DNA from: Limulus polyphemus
Lineage: Eukaryota
Direction: 5' to 3'
DNA length: 51,354 nucleotides
NCBI RefSeq assembly: GCF_000517525.1
Contig: NW_013665974.1
Coordinates: 239,503 to 290,856, forward strand
Shown here: piece by piece, positions 38,318-50,384 of the stretch
How positions within the stretch are numbered: position 1 is the first letter of the stretch
Layout of the letters: every line of letters begins with the position of its first letter
The notes under the pieces: model-generated
Told to the model about the DNA's origin: nothing
Seen by the model: only the letters and a program-made list of their open reading frames with translations
Databases searched by the model: none
Position numbers and translations under genes: made by a program

Positions 38318-39034
38318 TCAACCAACACCTGGCAGCATCTGGAATTGTACAAAAGGTCCACAGTAGGAATACATAGCCACTAACAGAACATTACACAGAG
38401 TGATCTGAATTGTTACAAAGACACTTGGAAGGAGATGAATAGGAGGATATGCATATAGGTACCAATCCCGACTGAGAGCATCGACTGCTCCCATCAAAGA
38501 ATGAGGAACAGAAGACCAAAATCGGGGAAGTTGTATATTGAGATAAATGGCAAAAGCATCCAAATCTGAGACACCCCACCATGCACATAACACCCAATGA
38601 TGATCCAAAGACCACTTCATAAGGAGAATCATGTTAGGACAGGATAACTGATCCACAACCAGATTCAGGACACCAGAAATATGGCATGCTAACAAAGTTA
38701 TGTGATAGCTGTGGGCCCAATACAGAAGACCAAATATCTGAAAAAAAGAGGTCTCTCGACTGAGTGCCCCCTTGCCTGGTGATGTATGGGACCAACATAG
38801 AATTGTCAGAGTGGACCAGTACTGACCAGCCCCAAAGTAAAGTTTAATGAACAGCAAGAAGTTCCAAGAGACTGATATGGAGAGAGGACTTGGAAAGAGT
38901 CCAACACCCGAAAACCTCCTGAGTGTTGAGATATGCCACTCAACCAGAAAGAGAAGCATCCATAAAAAAGTGACATTCTGGACAAGAAGGGGGGAAGGGG
39001 AACACCCACAGTAGTATTGTCCCAATCCAACCAC
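38318..39034 (-). pseudogene. Retroelement polyprotein fragment, RNase H C-terminus plus the downstream 'YAYPP' domain. Truncated 5' by the SINE at 39082
   Basis: This ORF is in the supplied six-frame track. The motifs are listed under the parent element. No RT motifs could be recognised upstream (39204..39767), which suggests heavy decay. Confidence 0.45.
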
Positions 39035-39081
39035 CAGGTGAAGTCAGTCTGTAAGGGAGGGAGAGAAAATGGGCATTTAAA

Positions 39082-39200
39082 GGTTTGTTTATTTGTTTGT
39101 AGTTAAGCCCAAAACTACACAATGGGCTATCTGTGCTCTGCTCATCACGATTATCAAAACCCAGTTTCTTGCATTGTAAGTCTGCAGACTAGGGGACAGG
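39082..39200 (-). mobile_element. 5'-truncated tRNA-derived SINE copy with a (CAAA)n-like 3' tail, nested inside the DIRS-like element
   Basis: The plus strand reads 'ggtttgtttatttgtttgtagttaagcccaaaactacacaatgggctatctgtgctctgctcatcacgattatcaaaacccagtttcttgcattgtaag'. 'tatcaaaaccc' is a B-box-like remnant. The same domain recurs at 45008 and 50392. Confidence 0.65.
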
Positions 39201-40837
39201 CATCTATCTAAGGGATCCCAAACAAGGCTCCATTGGTCTATCAAAATTCACTGAAGATTGTGCATGTGGGCATGACCAAGAGTAATGAGGGCTTCTAGAG
39301 AAGCCCACTTCCCCAAAAAAGAAAGAACCTCTTGCACAGTAGGAGAATAAACGGATGAGACGCTGCATATGAAATGTTCCATAGCTCTCAACCAAAGTGG
39401 AGAAGGTTGGGCCCAACTTAGGAGGGAGTTGAAAACACACCAGGATGAATCAACTGTTGTGTTGGTGTGAGAAAAGACTTCTCCACTTTGACAAGTCAAC
39501 TCACCCTGGCAGCTTCCTGGAGAAGAAACTGAATATGTAGGACTTGTGAAGAGACAAGAAGCAGCCAGTTGTCCATGGAAACGAAGGCCTCTGGAATGAA
39601 GCAGGCAGACAAAAGCCCTGACAACTTAACAGGTCACACATGGAGATAAGGCAAGTACAAATGAATGTGCCCAAATGTGAAACACACATCCATGATGAAC
39701 AAAGTAAAGACACTATCTGGCTGCAGGGGAGATGGAGATATGTATCTGATGCATTGACCTTTGTCATTCACAAACCTAGAGTGAAAACACAATGAAGACA
39801 TTGCGACATTGATCAATTTAATCCTAATTGATTATTTCAATTAATCAAGCTAATCATCCAGCTCTAACCCATTCAGGTATAGAAGTTTCATTGGGAGCCT
39901 GAGTTCTCTGTGACATTTGAGGCCTACAAACCACATTAATAATGCCCTGTGTGCACAGAATCCCATCACTTTTGTATTTGCACAACAAGGCAATATCATG
40001 TTCATATGGATGTATTACTCTGTCATGTTGAATCCAGAAAGAATACTTACTTGAAACATGGCAAGAATTGAATCTTTGAATGAAGATGACCATCCTTTTC
40101 TCTACTGACCCACATGTCAAAAAGGATATTTTCAGACAGATGTTATGTATATGATACTGCCTGCTTCAGTTGACCAGAGAAAATTTTCAGACACCTATGG
40201 GAAGTTTAAAACCACAACATCTACTTCAAACTTTTCCCCACAATTAGCCTCTTTTGCATCATGTTTCAGTCTTTTCAATCTGTTGTAATGTATTGAGTTC
40301 TTTCATCCTTTTGGAAATGTATTGTGCAACAGAAACATCAGTTTTTACATTTTGTATGAGAGCAGGCCAGTAGCAGTTGCAAAGAGCACAGACAGTTACA
40401 GGTTAATAAATACCGTGCACAGTAGCTTCCACTATTTCAATAAATGAACACTTATTGATTCTACCACCCATTTTACTTTTGTGAGAAGTATAGAAAGACT
40501 GGGTTTCTCTTACGGATGTGAGTCACATCTCTTTTATTGAAAAAATGGCATGTGGGTTTTCACACCATCTGGATGTTTGTATGAATAAGATACAATGCAT
40601 CACTAAGTTCTCTATCTACAACAGCCATGACATGCAACTGTCTCTACATACAAAGGTTTTTGGCATTATTTCTAAATCTGCAATGAATAAATTGCTTGCA
40701 TTATGATTTCACCCATCAGTAATATATGGACCACAGACCAATAAAATGTCAGTGGATACAAACATCACAGGTTTGACAAGTGGCCACTTCTTATGCATAC
40801 TATACCTTTGCATCTAGAATGCATATTTGACTTATGC

Positions 40838-40843
<6 letters not shown>

Positions 40844-40870
<27 letters not shown>

Positions 40871-40874
40871 AACA
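40844..40874. repeat. Compound microsatellite (TA)n(CA)n
   Basis: 'atatatatatatatatatatacacacacacaaacaaa'. Shorter TA or CA runs occur at about 14195..14240, 27335..27360, 37688..37705 and 44958..44975. Confidence 0.8.
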
Positions 40875-43638
40875 AATGTGCCATATGCAATTAGGATGAC
40901 ATCTTTGTTCTCTTTAGTCAAAAAGTTCCAAGCAAGATGAACCAATATGTTCAAAGTCTAAGACAGAGAACAAGTCAAGTGTATTGCTCTTTTTTTTACA
41001 GAAAAAATATTTTCCAAGGTAGGTCTACTGTTTCTTGATTTTGAACCCTCCCCCCAGGGATTGCAAAGTAATTTTTGTGGGAGGGCCGCAAAGCTACTAA
41101 ACACAACACTGACTTTAATGTTTTCAAGAAGCATATTCAGGTTTTGCTGACTTCTAACTTATGATGCCAGTTAGCTGGATATAGAAGGTTCTTTTCTTTT
41201 GTGTGTGCATGGTTTATATCTAATCATTTCAGTATTATTCCATTTCATGATATTGTTTTCTCTGGCAAGATGGGCTATTGCAGTTAGATCATTACTATAG
41301 TCTTTTATGTTTATTATGCCCCTCAGACCCGAATTCTGATTTTTGTTTATGTTTTTGTTTCTTCAATTTATCAGAGTCGACATTCACAAAGGATATTGTA
41401 CACGACATTCTTGCTAAACACATTGTGTTGTGATTTGTGAATACCGTTCTACATTTATATTGCTTACATTTTTATGTATATTTATTATTGAGACCTTTGA
41501 CATATTGGAAAATGGTTGTTTTTCCTGTGTCTTCCTGCTTATACATGATGTTTATCTCCTATCTTTTCTTCATCAAGTATTCAGAGCACCCACTATCAAG
41601 GAAGATTGTAAATGATGTATTTTTTTTCTTCTTCTTAGGATCTTCTGTATTACAAATCCTGTTCAATCTAGAAACTAGGTAGTCTTTGATGGCCACTTAT
41701 ATACTGTTGTAATAATTTAGTCTATATTCAAGGTATTCATCTATATCTTTGGAGGTTACAGGAAATCCATAGATACAGGTAAATACATTTATTTTTTACC
41801 ACAAGACTTTAAAAATGTAAAAACAGATGTCACAAACTGACTAATCTCTAGACTGAAAAAAGTTTGTACTTCCAAAGCATGAAATGAAAAAAATAAATGG
41901 AGAAACAGATTTTGTTATGAGCAGTTTATGAAGCTTTAAAATATACAATATTTATTCAATGCAATTAATGAAAATTGGAATAAAATGTCCCTTATTATTA
42001 TTAAAATAATATTGATACATTTTATTAGTTAAGATATTATTAAGGAATTACATGTGTCATTGCAACTAGGCTTATATCCTACATTTGTTTTTAGGTGTAC
42101 CATGGAAAAGCTGACGTCTTGAATTCTCAAAGATGAAAGAGCTGCTGACATTACATAGTAGGGAGGTGGCTTAATGTGTTTTCTTTGGTAAAGTGATATT
42201 CTAGTGTGAACATGTTTCCAGTTACCAAAACAAGATACTTATAAGATGATGGTTCAAGACAGCACTAATGTTTGTGTGTTCCCTAAGTAAGCTAAACTAT
42301 ACTGTTTATTTATTGTTGCTTTCATTAACAATATTGGTTATACTGCTTATTACATCAAATGTCATTAATTTTTTATTTATTGTTTATTATTAAACTTTTA
42401 TCACAGAGGTTGTTGTTTTGTATTGTTAGCTTATAATGTGTGTATTTAGGACTAACCTAAATCTTCTAAGCTGGTTGAACCTCATGAGATATTATTGGGA
42501 TTATGGCTGAAAATATTGTTAATAGTGAGAGTACTAAACTGATGAAACAACACATTCTAATCTTTTTTTAAGTAGAAAAGAGAGAAAGGTATATTTAACG
42601 AGTTATAGTGATGGCCAAGTTAATTTTAAGTTTCATTCTAAGTACATAGCTTATTCTGTTTGAAAGTTGTTATTATTATTATCATACATCATTAAGCCTG
42701 TATCCAGATCTAACAATCATCACCCCTTTCTAAAATTCTGTACCCACCCCTAAAGTTAACTAGCACAGAAGCCAGCAAAATTTAGATACTCCTCTTATAA
42801 GTAAATGATTTATGTCCTCAGGGAGAATACCCTGTAACAGTGTATAGCATTGCAACTTTTCTAACAAGAAGAACCAGGACTGAATGATGGCCACCACAAC
42901 AACCACACACAATCCTTCTCAGAATTTCCTTCAAAACAGCATCAAATTAGTAACTGAACCACTAATAATAACAATAATAACACAGGCCTATGAAGTTAAA
43001 CATCATAAAAGTTGTTTTGATTTTAATTTTGAAAATAATATTAATTTTTTTCTATCACATAAGGATTTTATACAAATTGGGAAAAAGAACTCTTATTTAA
43101 ATCAAATTAACATTTTGTTTACCACAATGAAAATTTTTTACTATTATGTTTGTTAACAAAAATACAAACAAACTGAAGAAAAAAGAACACTGATGCCAAA
43201 CAAATATGCATCCTCATTCATCCAGAGTTTTCTGTGGTTTTTCTTTTATGTATTGCATTATGATGTTTTGTGAAAAATCTGTATCTGAGGAAAATGGATA
43301 TCATTTTTGGATTCAGCATACAGGAATTACTGTAGAACATGTAAAAATTTCAAGACAATAAAACCATCGCAGGCCTGTGTAACTAGTAACAAATTAATAA
43401 TTAATTTAGGTATTCATACGAGCTATTAACCATGACAACAGTTAATGTCATATTACCACAACCTTACTGTATGTCCATAGCTGTATAATTATATCTAAAT
43501 ATTTTTTATTTACAAAAAATTTCTTTCACATACATATTTCCAAGTATCCATATATCAAGTGCATTTCTTTACAGCTCTCAACATTAAAAACCCATTTTCA
43601 ATTTCAATGAAGACAAAATAAATATATTTTATACTAAC

Positions 43639-43793
43639 CTTTCATTATCTTTCCTAATGTAAGTTTGTGGTCCAACTTCTACTCTTGTTACATTTGATGT
43701 CTGGTCTAGAACATGGAGGTAGTAAAATGGTGGAATACGATAAATGCTACTATCATCAGACTGCCCCTTTTGATTCACTTTTGATCCAGCCAT
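43639..43793 (-). CDS. MVP: MVP coding exon 1. ATG at 43793..43791. Product [51 protein letters not shown] + AG. Donor AG|GTTAGT. Ends in phase 2
   Basis: Reverse complement of 43639..43793 read directly. Matches the human N-terminus '[36 protein letters not shown]'. 'tttttttctgaatttatag' ends at 43834 on the minus strand, 40 nt 5' of the ATG, so it is a likely acceptor with the true first exon being non-coding and further upstream. There is an in-frame stop 27 nt upstream of the ATG. Confidence 0.75.
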
Positions 43794-45007
43794 CTCAGCA
43801 AAAATTGTGGACAAAAACTATTGAAATTCTCTACTATAAATTCAGAAAAAAAACAAACAGAAAAGTTAGAATGTTAACTTCCTAAAGTCAGTATTTGTTT
43901 AGTTTAAACTATGTCTATGTTTATACAACAAAATGATTTTTAATTACCAATACAAAAATAATAACCAATTAATATTCTTTTACAGATAATTTTGGCAGAG
44001 TCTTCATAATGAACAAACTTGAAATGGGCTGCAACTGCACAGTTCAGAGTGACACTTTGTTGGTTCAACCAATTAACATGTTACAAAAATGCTGAAAAAT
44101 TATATGGTAAATGATAACAGATGGTTTTAATTTTTGGTAAACTAATAAACAAAAATAGTTTTAAGGTTTTCCTTCACCTTTATACAGGTATTGAAAGGAT
44201 GTTCCATGTGTATTTTTCGAGACTGGTAAATAAAATGTTCTAAAAATAACAACTTCTTGAAAAAGTCGAGACATTAAAAATTTAATTACAAGTTAAAATT
44301 AGGCCACTTATTGAACAGTTTTTATTAAATGAATTTTAAAAAGTTACTTTCTCAACATGAAATTCAGTTATTGTATAAAAATTATATCATTAAAGTGTTC
44401 AATCTTTTGTACATAGTTACTCACCATCAGATATGAGTGGTTAATCTTTTTTGATTTTGGTTTTACAATGTAATATTTTTTTTAATGTTTTTTATGGAAA
44501 CACGCAATTTTGTCGTAATTTTAAGATGTCATAAAATAAAACCAATCATAAGTAGATTCAAATCCACAAGGTTAACCACTTCAATTATGTTTATGATTTA
44601 CTCTTAAAATGATAAATCTCTTTAAGTAATACAATTTTTTTATGAGAGATGAACTAGAAAGTGCCCATAGAAAATCCATTGAGGCTTAGTTTGCATAAAA
44701 TCTCATAGATGGCAGCCACCTCAAAATTTCATTTTTTTTTTGTCATCAATTGCATTGATCAGGTCTGGTCTTACCTAGAATCATTACAGGGAAAAATAAC
44801 TTATTACTTTAAATTTTGTTCATATAATTTTGTATGCATTCATTATTACGCACTTAGATACTGTCTAATAGCTTATTTTTTGATAATGTCTTGAAAGAGA
44901 AAAAACATTCTGGTAAAGATTATCTGGTGCATAAGATGAGTCATAGTTTTGTTATTATATTTACATGTACACACACACACAAGCAATAAAAAATAAATAT
45001 TGATAGA

Positions 45008-45110
45008 GGTTTGTTTGTTTGTAATTAAGCACAAAGCTACACAATTGGTTATTGGTGCTCTGCTCACCACGGGTATCGAAAACCCAGTTTCTAACATTGT
45101 AGCTACTTAC
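45008..45110 (-). mobile_element. SINE copy of the same family, 5'-truncated, about 1.2 kb upstream of MVP
   Basis: 'ggtttgtttgtttgtaattaagcacaaagctacacaattggttattggtgctctgctcaccacgggtatcgaaaacccagtttctaacattgtag'. Confidence 0.65.
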
Positions 45111-46650
45111 AGCTTTATTTTTAGAGATAGCTCATTGATATTTTATCTCATTTATTTTCACTGTATTGCTTGTGAGTATCATTCATGTAACGTTCAGTGT
45201 TGGTTAGGGAGACAATGCTTGGTATTGGCTAATGAAATAGTAACCCAGGCAACATAGTGGCCACTTGTCCCCAACTGTTATGGCAGTCACGTGTGAAGTT
45301 TTACACACTGATTTGAAATCAGGCAGAAATGCTTTTGGTATAGGACCACTTATTTTTCAGTTCATGATCATTAATGAAAAAAAATCTCATAAACTACTAC
45401 GTATAATGAACTATAGATGTAAACTTTTTCATTTTACACAATAATATAAACTATTTATATGTAAAGATTTTACACGTGTTTATAGTTTTATATCATCTAT
45501 CTTCAGTTCACAAATATCTTCTAAATATTGTCATTACTGAAATCCTCACAGAAAACTAGCAAGTGGTTTTCTAAAACAGCTTATTAAGTAGTTATGAATA
45601 TTCCTGCATTTTAAAAATCATAGTTGTAAATAAGTCTTGGAATTTTCCTCATGCTTTATGTAATTGTAATTATGTGTAGATTGCCAAGTTTTATTAGTTC
45701 TCAAGAAGTACAGTTTTATATATCTATTAGTAATTGATCTTTTTTCATTTATCTATGATATTGTTGGTTTCCAGTGGTTCACTACTAATTAGACAATGTA
45801 ATTGTAACTTGCTTCAGGCATGTTACTTGACCTGACAGTGTGAAAAATGGGACATTTCCAACTTGATCTCAGTTGTGAAGGTGATAGCTTTCCTGTAATA
45901 TGGAAAATGAAACCGATACAACAAATAACTGTGATCTCACTATGCATACAAAGTCGGCATTTTTACATACGTAAATATATATATACACAATATAAAAAAA
46001 CTAGTAATTTGTATTGCAGAAGATCTTTAAGTTTTGTTTGTGGCATGTATGAATACGACTAAGAAGGGACTGTGAACATAGGCTTCATTTTCTACATGGT
46101 AACAAATTGTGTTGCATAATGGCTTACCAGGCGATACCTTTAATGTGCAATGTATCTTACACTAACTTTCTTCACTTGAAGCATTTTGAATATATATTAT
46201 AAGGTCCATCTCAAAATATAGGTTTAGTATATTCACAAAAAAGTGTCTGGACAGCATGTTCTGTGCAAGTGAAGTTCTGTAGGCTCATATATCACTGAAC
46301 TAAACATCAGAAAATAATTCAAGTTTTTTATTTTTACTTCATTTATTTTTAGCCTACTCAGTTAAGAAAATTTGGAATAAGAATTCAGATCCAATATAAA
46401 TTTAGCTTTACCATATAATATTTAATTTGCATGTGAGGTACATCTGTCATACAGAACAATACACACTACAAAGATAAATCTATAAAACAACCCAAACTTA
46501 TTCTTCATATTGTTATGAAATCAAGAATACTAAATATTACTGAACAATTCTCTGTAGATCACTAATAAACTTGAGGATTAGTAGTCTGTCTGTGTTGTTT
46601 ATTATTGGCAATAAATTGTTATTGTTACTAGTTTTATGTTTCCATAGGTG

Positions 46651-46740
46651 CTATGATTGGCTTGTATGTATTCCAAAATATTAGCTTGACCTGTGGATAC
46701 TATGATTGGCTTGTATGCATTCCTAAATATTAGCTTGACC
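46651..46740. repeat. Tandem duplication of a ~41-bp unit with a 49-bp period
   Basis: 'ctatgattggcttgtatgtattccaaaatattagcttgacc' and 'ctatgattggcttgtatgcattcctaaatattagcttgacc' are separated by 'tgtggata'. Confidence 0.75.
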
Positions 46741-48019
46741 AAATGTTGAGAAACAATCGTAATAGCATACAAGTTCTAATAGGAAGAATTAGTTACATAC
46801 ATGTCATGTGATACCTTATCCATGCAATAGGCATAGTACTGTACATAGGCTCTGCCTCTACACTGGATCATCAACTAATTGCAATATAACATATTCATGC
46901 ATTTATGCCATCTATTAGTGTTAATCAGTAACAGTGGACTCTGAAGGAAAACCTTAAGTACTAGCAATTAATTTATAAAAAGGTAGAAAAAATCTTAAGT
47001 TATGGAAACTTGTATAAATTTAGCTGTTGAATTAACCTGACAGTTCAGTTATAATAATTATCACCAATAGCTAAAATATTCTCTACCTATTTATGAGTTA
47101 TCGATGGCTATAGTGATTTTTGTTTTCATTATTAATATAAGCTAAAACTAACAAGAAGTAATTTCCATTTTTTATCTTCTATTTTTATATTTTGGTCATC
47201 AGTATCATATGTAAAATATTTTGAAGAAGATGGATGTGTTTGTAAAGATCATCAGGCCAAACTCTTAACAAACTGAACCTCCTCACAATACTAAATGTGC
47301 AAATACTATAAGTTTGTAGTTGAAATAAAAAATCTTCACCAGAGAGAACAAGTTTCTGTTTTTTTTTCAAAGTTTAAAGATGACATTGTGCACTGTATCA
47401 TGATGATGATAGACTACAATACACTGCACAGTGTAGCATACATATAGTATGTGATTAGCACTACTGGGCATAAAAAACAGTTTATTTTCAAAAAGTTATA
47501 GTATTAAGACTAGAAATAAACAACCTTACAACACCAAAATGTTTTTATTTAATTAGACACTCAATATTTCGCTTTACATCTTCTTCAGGAGCATTCACTA
47601 AAACATAAACTGAAATTGACAGTACAAAGCTTTAAATGGTCATTTATTTCTAGTATTAATATGTCTTCTATACATCAATATGCACTACAGAAATTTAATA
47701 AAAAAAATTATATTAGTTTTTTTAATATAGTGATTCTTTCTGAGAAATGACTAATTTTTATGTACAGAATAGCCACCTTCTTAAGACTTAAAAAAAAATC
47801 CATTAAGAAATCAACATTTCACAAATTTACTAATTTACATGTTTCAAATTTTTATGATTTATCTATTTTTCTTTTTTATCTGTATCATAATAAACAATTT
47901 TACAGTAATGACATATTTTAATTTGATAATATTTCTAAGATGATCACAGTAACTATGAGCTTGTTAACAAAAATCAACAAGTTTAAAGAATGATAAGGCT
48001 CCTGAACATTATAACATTT

Positions 48020-48575
48020 CACCAAGGGTTTGAAGGAGGTTAAGGATTGGGTATGTGAGTCTTGAATAGTGGGCAGGTGCCAGAATATTGTAAGTTGGCT
48101 ATAGTTACTCCTCTTTTCAAGTGAGTTGATAAAAATTGTACAGGTAATTATAGGCCTACTAATTTTACATTGGTGGGAAAAGTTTTTAAAAGTCTCATAA
48201 AAGATGCTTTGCAAATTCATTGAACAAAGTTTAAAATTTTTTGGATAGTCAACATGGTTTCACCAGTGACAAATTTTGTTGGTTGTGATGAGGACTTTGC
48301 TACTTTACAAAAGGATTTAGATTATTTGTTGAATTGGGTGAATAAATGGCAGATGTATTTTAAAATGTAATTATAATAAATGTAAAGTAAACCACATGGA
48401 TTATCATAACTTAAGTTATAAGTATAATTTTGATGGGAACAGCCTTCACAGCATCACGGAAGAAAAGGATCTTGGTGTTTTAGTTGATCAATCTCTTAAG
48501 CCTTCCAGGCAGCATGTTTTTGCCAGTAAAAAAGCAAATAGGATTTTGGGTTGTGTCTAGAGGAATCTATATAAA
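48020..48575 (+). mobile_element. Degenerate non-LTR (CR1/RTE-like) reverse-transcriptase fragment with an internal deletion
   Basis: The plus frame gives 'VPEYCKLAIVTPLFK..(stop)..NYRPTNFT', which fits the LINE RT N-terminal 'VP.DWK.A.V.PI.KKG....NYRPISL' block. It then gives 'DFATLQKDLDYLLNWVNKWQMYFK' and 'EKDLGVLVDQSLKPS...ANRILGCV', which fit the RT C-terminal region. Stops and frameshifts are present. Confidence 0.55.
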
Positions 48576-48999
48576 TATAATAGTACTGTATGTTGTATGT
48601 ACATGAAACTACTTCACAGGTTATGGAGGTTCAACAGATCCATGGGAAGACACATACTAATTTTCAGTTTTATATTTTGTGTTTTTTATGGGCAATTTTT
48701 ACCACTACCTCACCTGCTGTGGATGGATCTTCACCAAATTTAGTATGCAGGTTCATTGGATCTATGCAGAGATACATGCAAACTTCCAGTTTCACATTTT
48801 GTGTTTTGCAGTTTTTATGGGTGTTTTTGCATTTATTCACAATTGCATATAATGGAAGCAACTTTTCATGTCCTAAGATAACCTTTCATTAATCATGAAT
48901 TTACATAACTTCCTTCCAGGGGACAAGTTCTCCAGCTAGTACTGAATACTTTTTGTACAAATATCTGGTTATGACTCACTTGCAGAATACTGTAATTAT

Positions 49000-49450
49000 G
49001 TATACAATATTCAATTTAATGTCCTGTGTTTTACTATTATAATTATTATTTTATGAGTTAAATTTTCTTTTAATTATGCATTTTAAATTTTCATTTTGTT
49101 TAAATCCTACTTCATAATTTTAATTTTGTTTACTTTTATCCATAATGTGTTAATTTCATTTCATGTGTTCATCTGACTAGCTGTTGAGCTTTCTTAATGA
49201 CTTCATTTTAATTTTCTATTTTGAATTGTAATTTTTATTTATTTTATACTTTAGTTGCACTTATTATTTGTAATTATGGTTTTGATGTTTTGTATTTTGA
49301 GTTGCATTATGAATTTGATTTTATTTGTCTTTCATTTTAATTTACTGCTTGGTGGAGTTTTTGTGTTAACCCTTTGTTGTCTTTGTTTAGATTTCATGGC
49401 CTCTTAACTTTAAAATTTGACCTTTAGTGTTTTATTCTGGTGTGTCTGGA
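49000..49450. repeat. T-rich degenerate minisatellite-like tract, with 'attttNNttt/aattt' motifs repeated
   Basis: Visible low complexity: 'taattttcatttt...taattttgtttac...ttttaattttctattttgaattgtaatttttatttattttat'. Confidence 0.5.
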
Positions 49451-50036
49451 AGACCCTGAGATAATGAACTGGTGGAGTGGAGGGGGATTGTGATGGCTGC
49501 AATAGGTATTAATTTCATCATTCTATAATAAGTTTTTCTTTATATAGGATTAGGAGATCATACATGTATTTATACAAATTGGTATGAGCCAGGGGTATGC
49601 TATCTTGTATATGTTACTTGGGACAGTCATTGATGTACATAGCTTTGAGTTATATGGAATATCACATTTGGACCCTAGGCATGAAATGAGAGTGTGATAA
49701 ATCATAATTCTTTATGACCTTGTCCCATGTGGACACTTTAGGAAAGCTTCCGCTTTACCCCACAACCAGTGTAGTCATTACTGGGAACATAGAAGCTGCC
49801 TGGCAGATAAATACACAAACATATCTGTGAATAAAGATTTTGTTTATTTGTTCACTTACATCTATTTGTGTTTCTCTTGCTGTCCATGTTTCGAATTATT
49901 CTCTGCAGAAGATTCACAGAATCGAAATCTAACTACCTGGAGGATATGTTCTGCTAATTGCAATGTTTATTTTGACATCACCTTCCTCATGGGCCAGCTC
50001 TGTATCTGAATACCACAGAGGTAGCTTCAGGGAACA

Positions 50037-50345
50037 TTGAATGAAGACAGCAAACTAGCAGCAAAGCAACAGACATATTGGTTACAAGTCAAAAGATGTG
50101 ATTATGTCTTTCCAGGTGAGTTACTAGTTAGGCCTTATTTGGAATATTTTATACATTCTTGGTCTCTTTATCTAAGAAAGGATATTGATTCATTGGAAAA
50201 GGTTCAGAGAAGGGTTACTAGGATGATTTTAGAAATGAATAGTTTATCACATAGGGAAAGGTTAAGATTTCTTATTTTTCTCAAGTAAAAAAAAAAAGAG
50301 TGAGAGGTGAACTCATTAAAGTTTAGAATATTATCTAGGAAATTC
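50037..50345 (+). mobile_element. CR1/RTE-type LINE ORF2 C-terminal tail fragment
   Basis: The ORF reads 'ELLVRPYLEYFIHSWSLYLRKDIDSLEKVQRRVTRMI...SHRERLRFL' and continues 'GELIKV' after a stop. It fits the canonical tail 'LVRP.LEY....WSP...KDI..LE.VQRR.T.MI.....Y.ERL..L.L.SLE.RR.RGDLIE.FK'. Confidence 0.6.
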
Positions 50346-50384
50346 ATGGAATAAATGTCTTCAATTTTTTGTGATGTATTCTGA

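Larger units (their letters stand above)
36540..40150 (-). mobile_element. GC-richer block of about 3.6 kb in MVP intron 1. Probably a decayed DIRS-like tyrosine-recombinase retroelement, with internal repeats and a nested SINE
   Basis: There is a sharp composition shift against the flanks. It holds a stop-free minus-strand ORF of 238 codons. Its translation carries 'HISGVLNLVVDQLS', which fits the RNase H C-terminal H.PG..N..AD.LSR signature, followed by 'WG.SDLDAFA..N..LPRF.S' and 'DALSRDW.LYAYPP..LLP.V...I'. From memory that combination is characteristic of DIRS/Ngaro-type elements. Confidence 0.5.
9260..43793 (-). other. MVP: Major vault protein gene, complete coding span: 14 coding exons, 13 GT-AG introns, 2601-nt ORF giving 866 aa plus stop
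   Basis: Minus-strand conceptual translation of 14 segments joined at canonical AG|exon|GT sites gives one uninterrupted frame. It is collinear with vertebrate MVP as I remember it, from '[26 protein letters not shown]' through the vault-repeat domains ('GEEWLV' recurs in successive repeats), the shoulder '[12 protein letters not shown]' and the cap-helix '[15 protein letters not shown]' to 'TLITDG...NLF'. Phases are consistent across every junction (see the exon entries). Confidence 0.9.

Noticed and set aside
41040-41105. 'gggagggccgcaaagctactaaac' resembles the SINE 'gcacaaagctacac' domain, with a 'ccctcccccc'/'gggaggg' inverted pair
   Set aside because: Only a 10-bp word is shared, with none of the flanking SINE body or tail. 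Probably coincidence.
43834-43842. Plus-strand 'ctataaa' read as a TATA box for MVP
   Set aside because: It is on the wrong strand for MVP. On the MVP strand the same bases form the 'tttatag' acceptor-like site.
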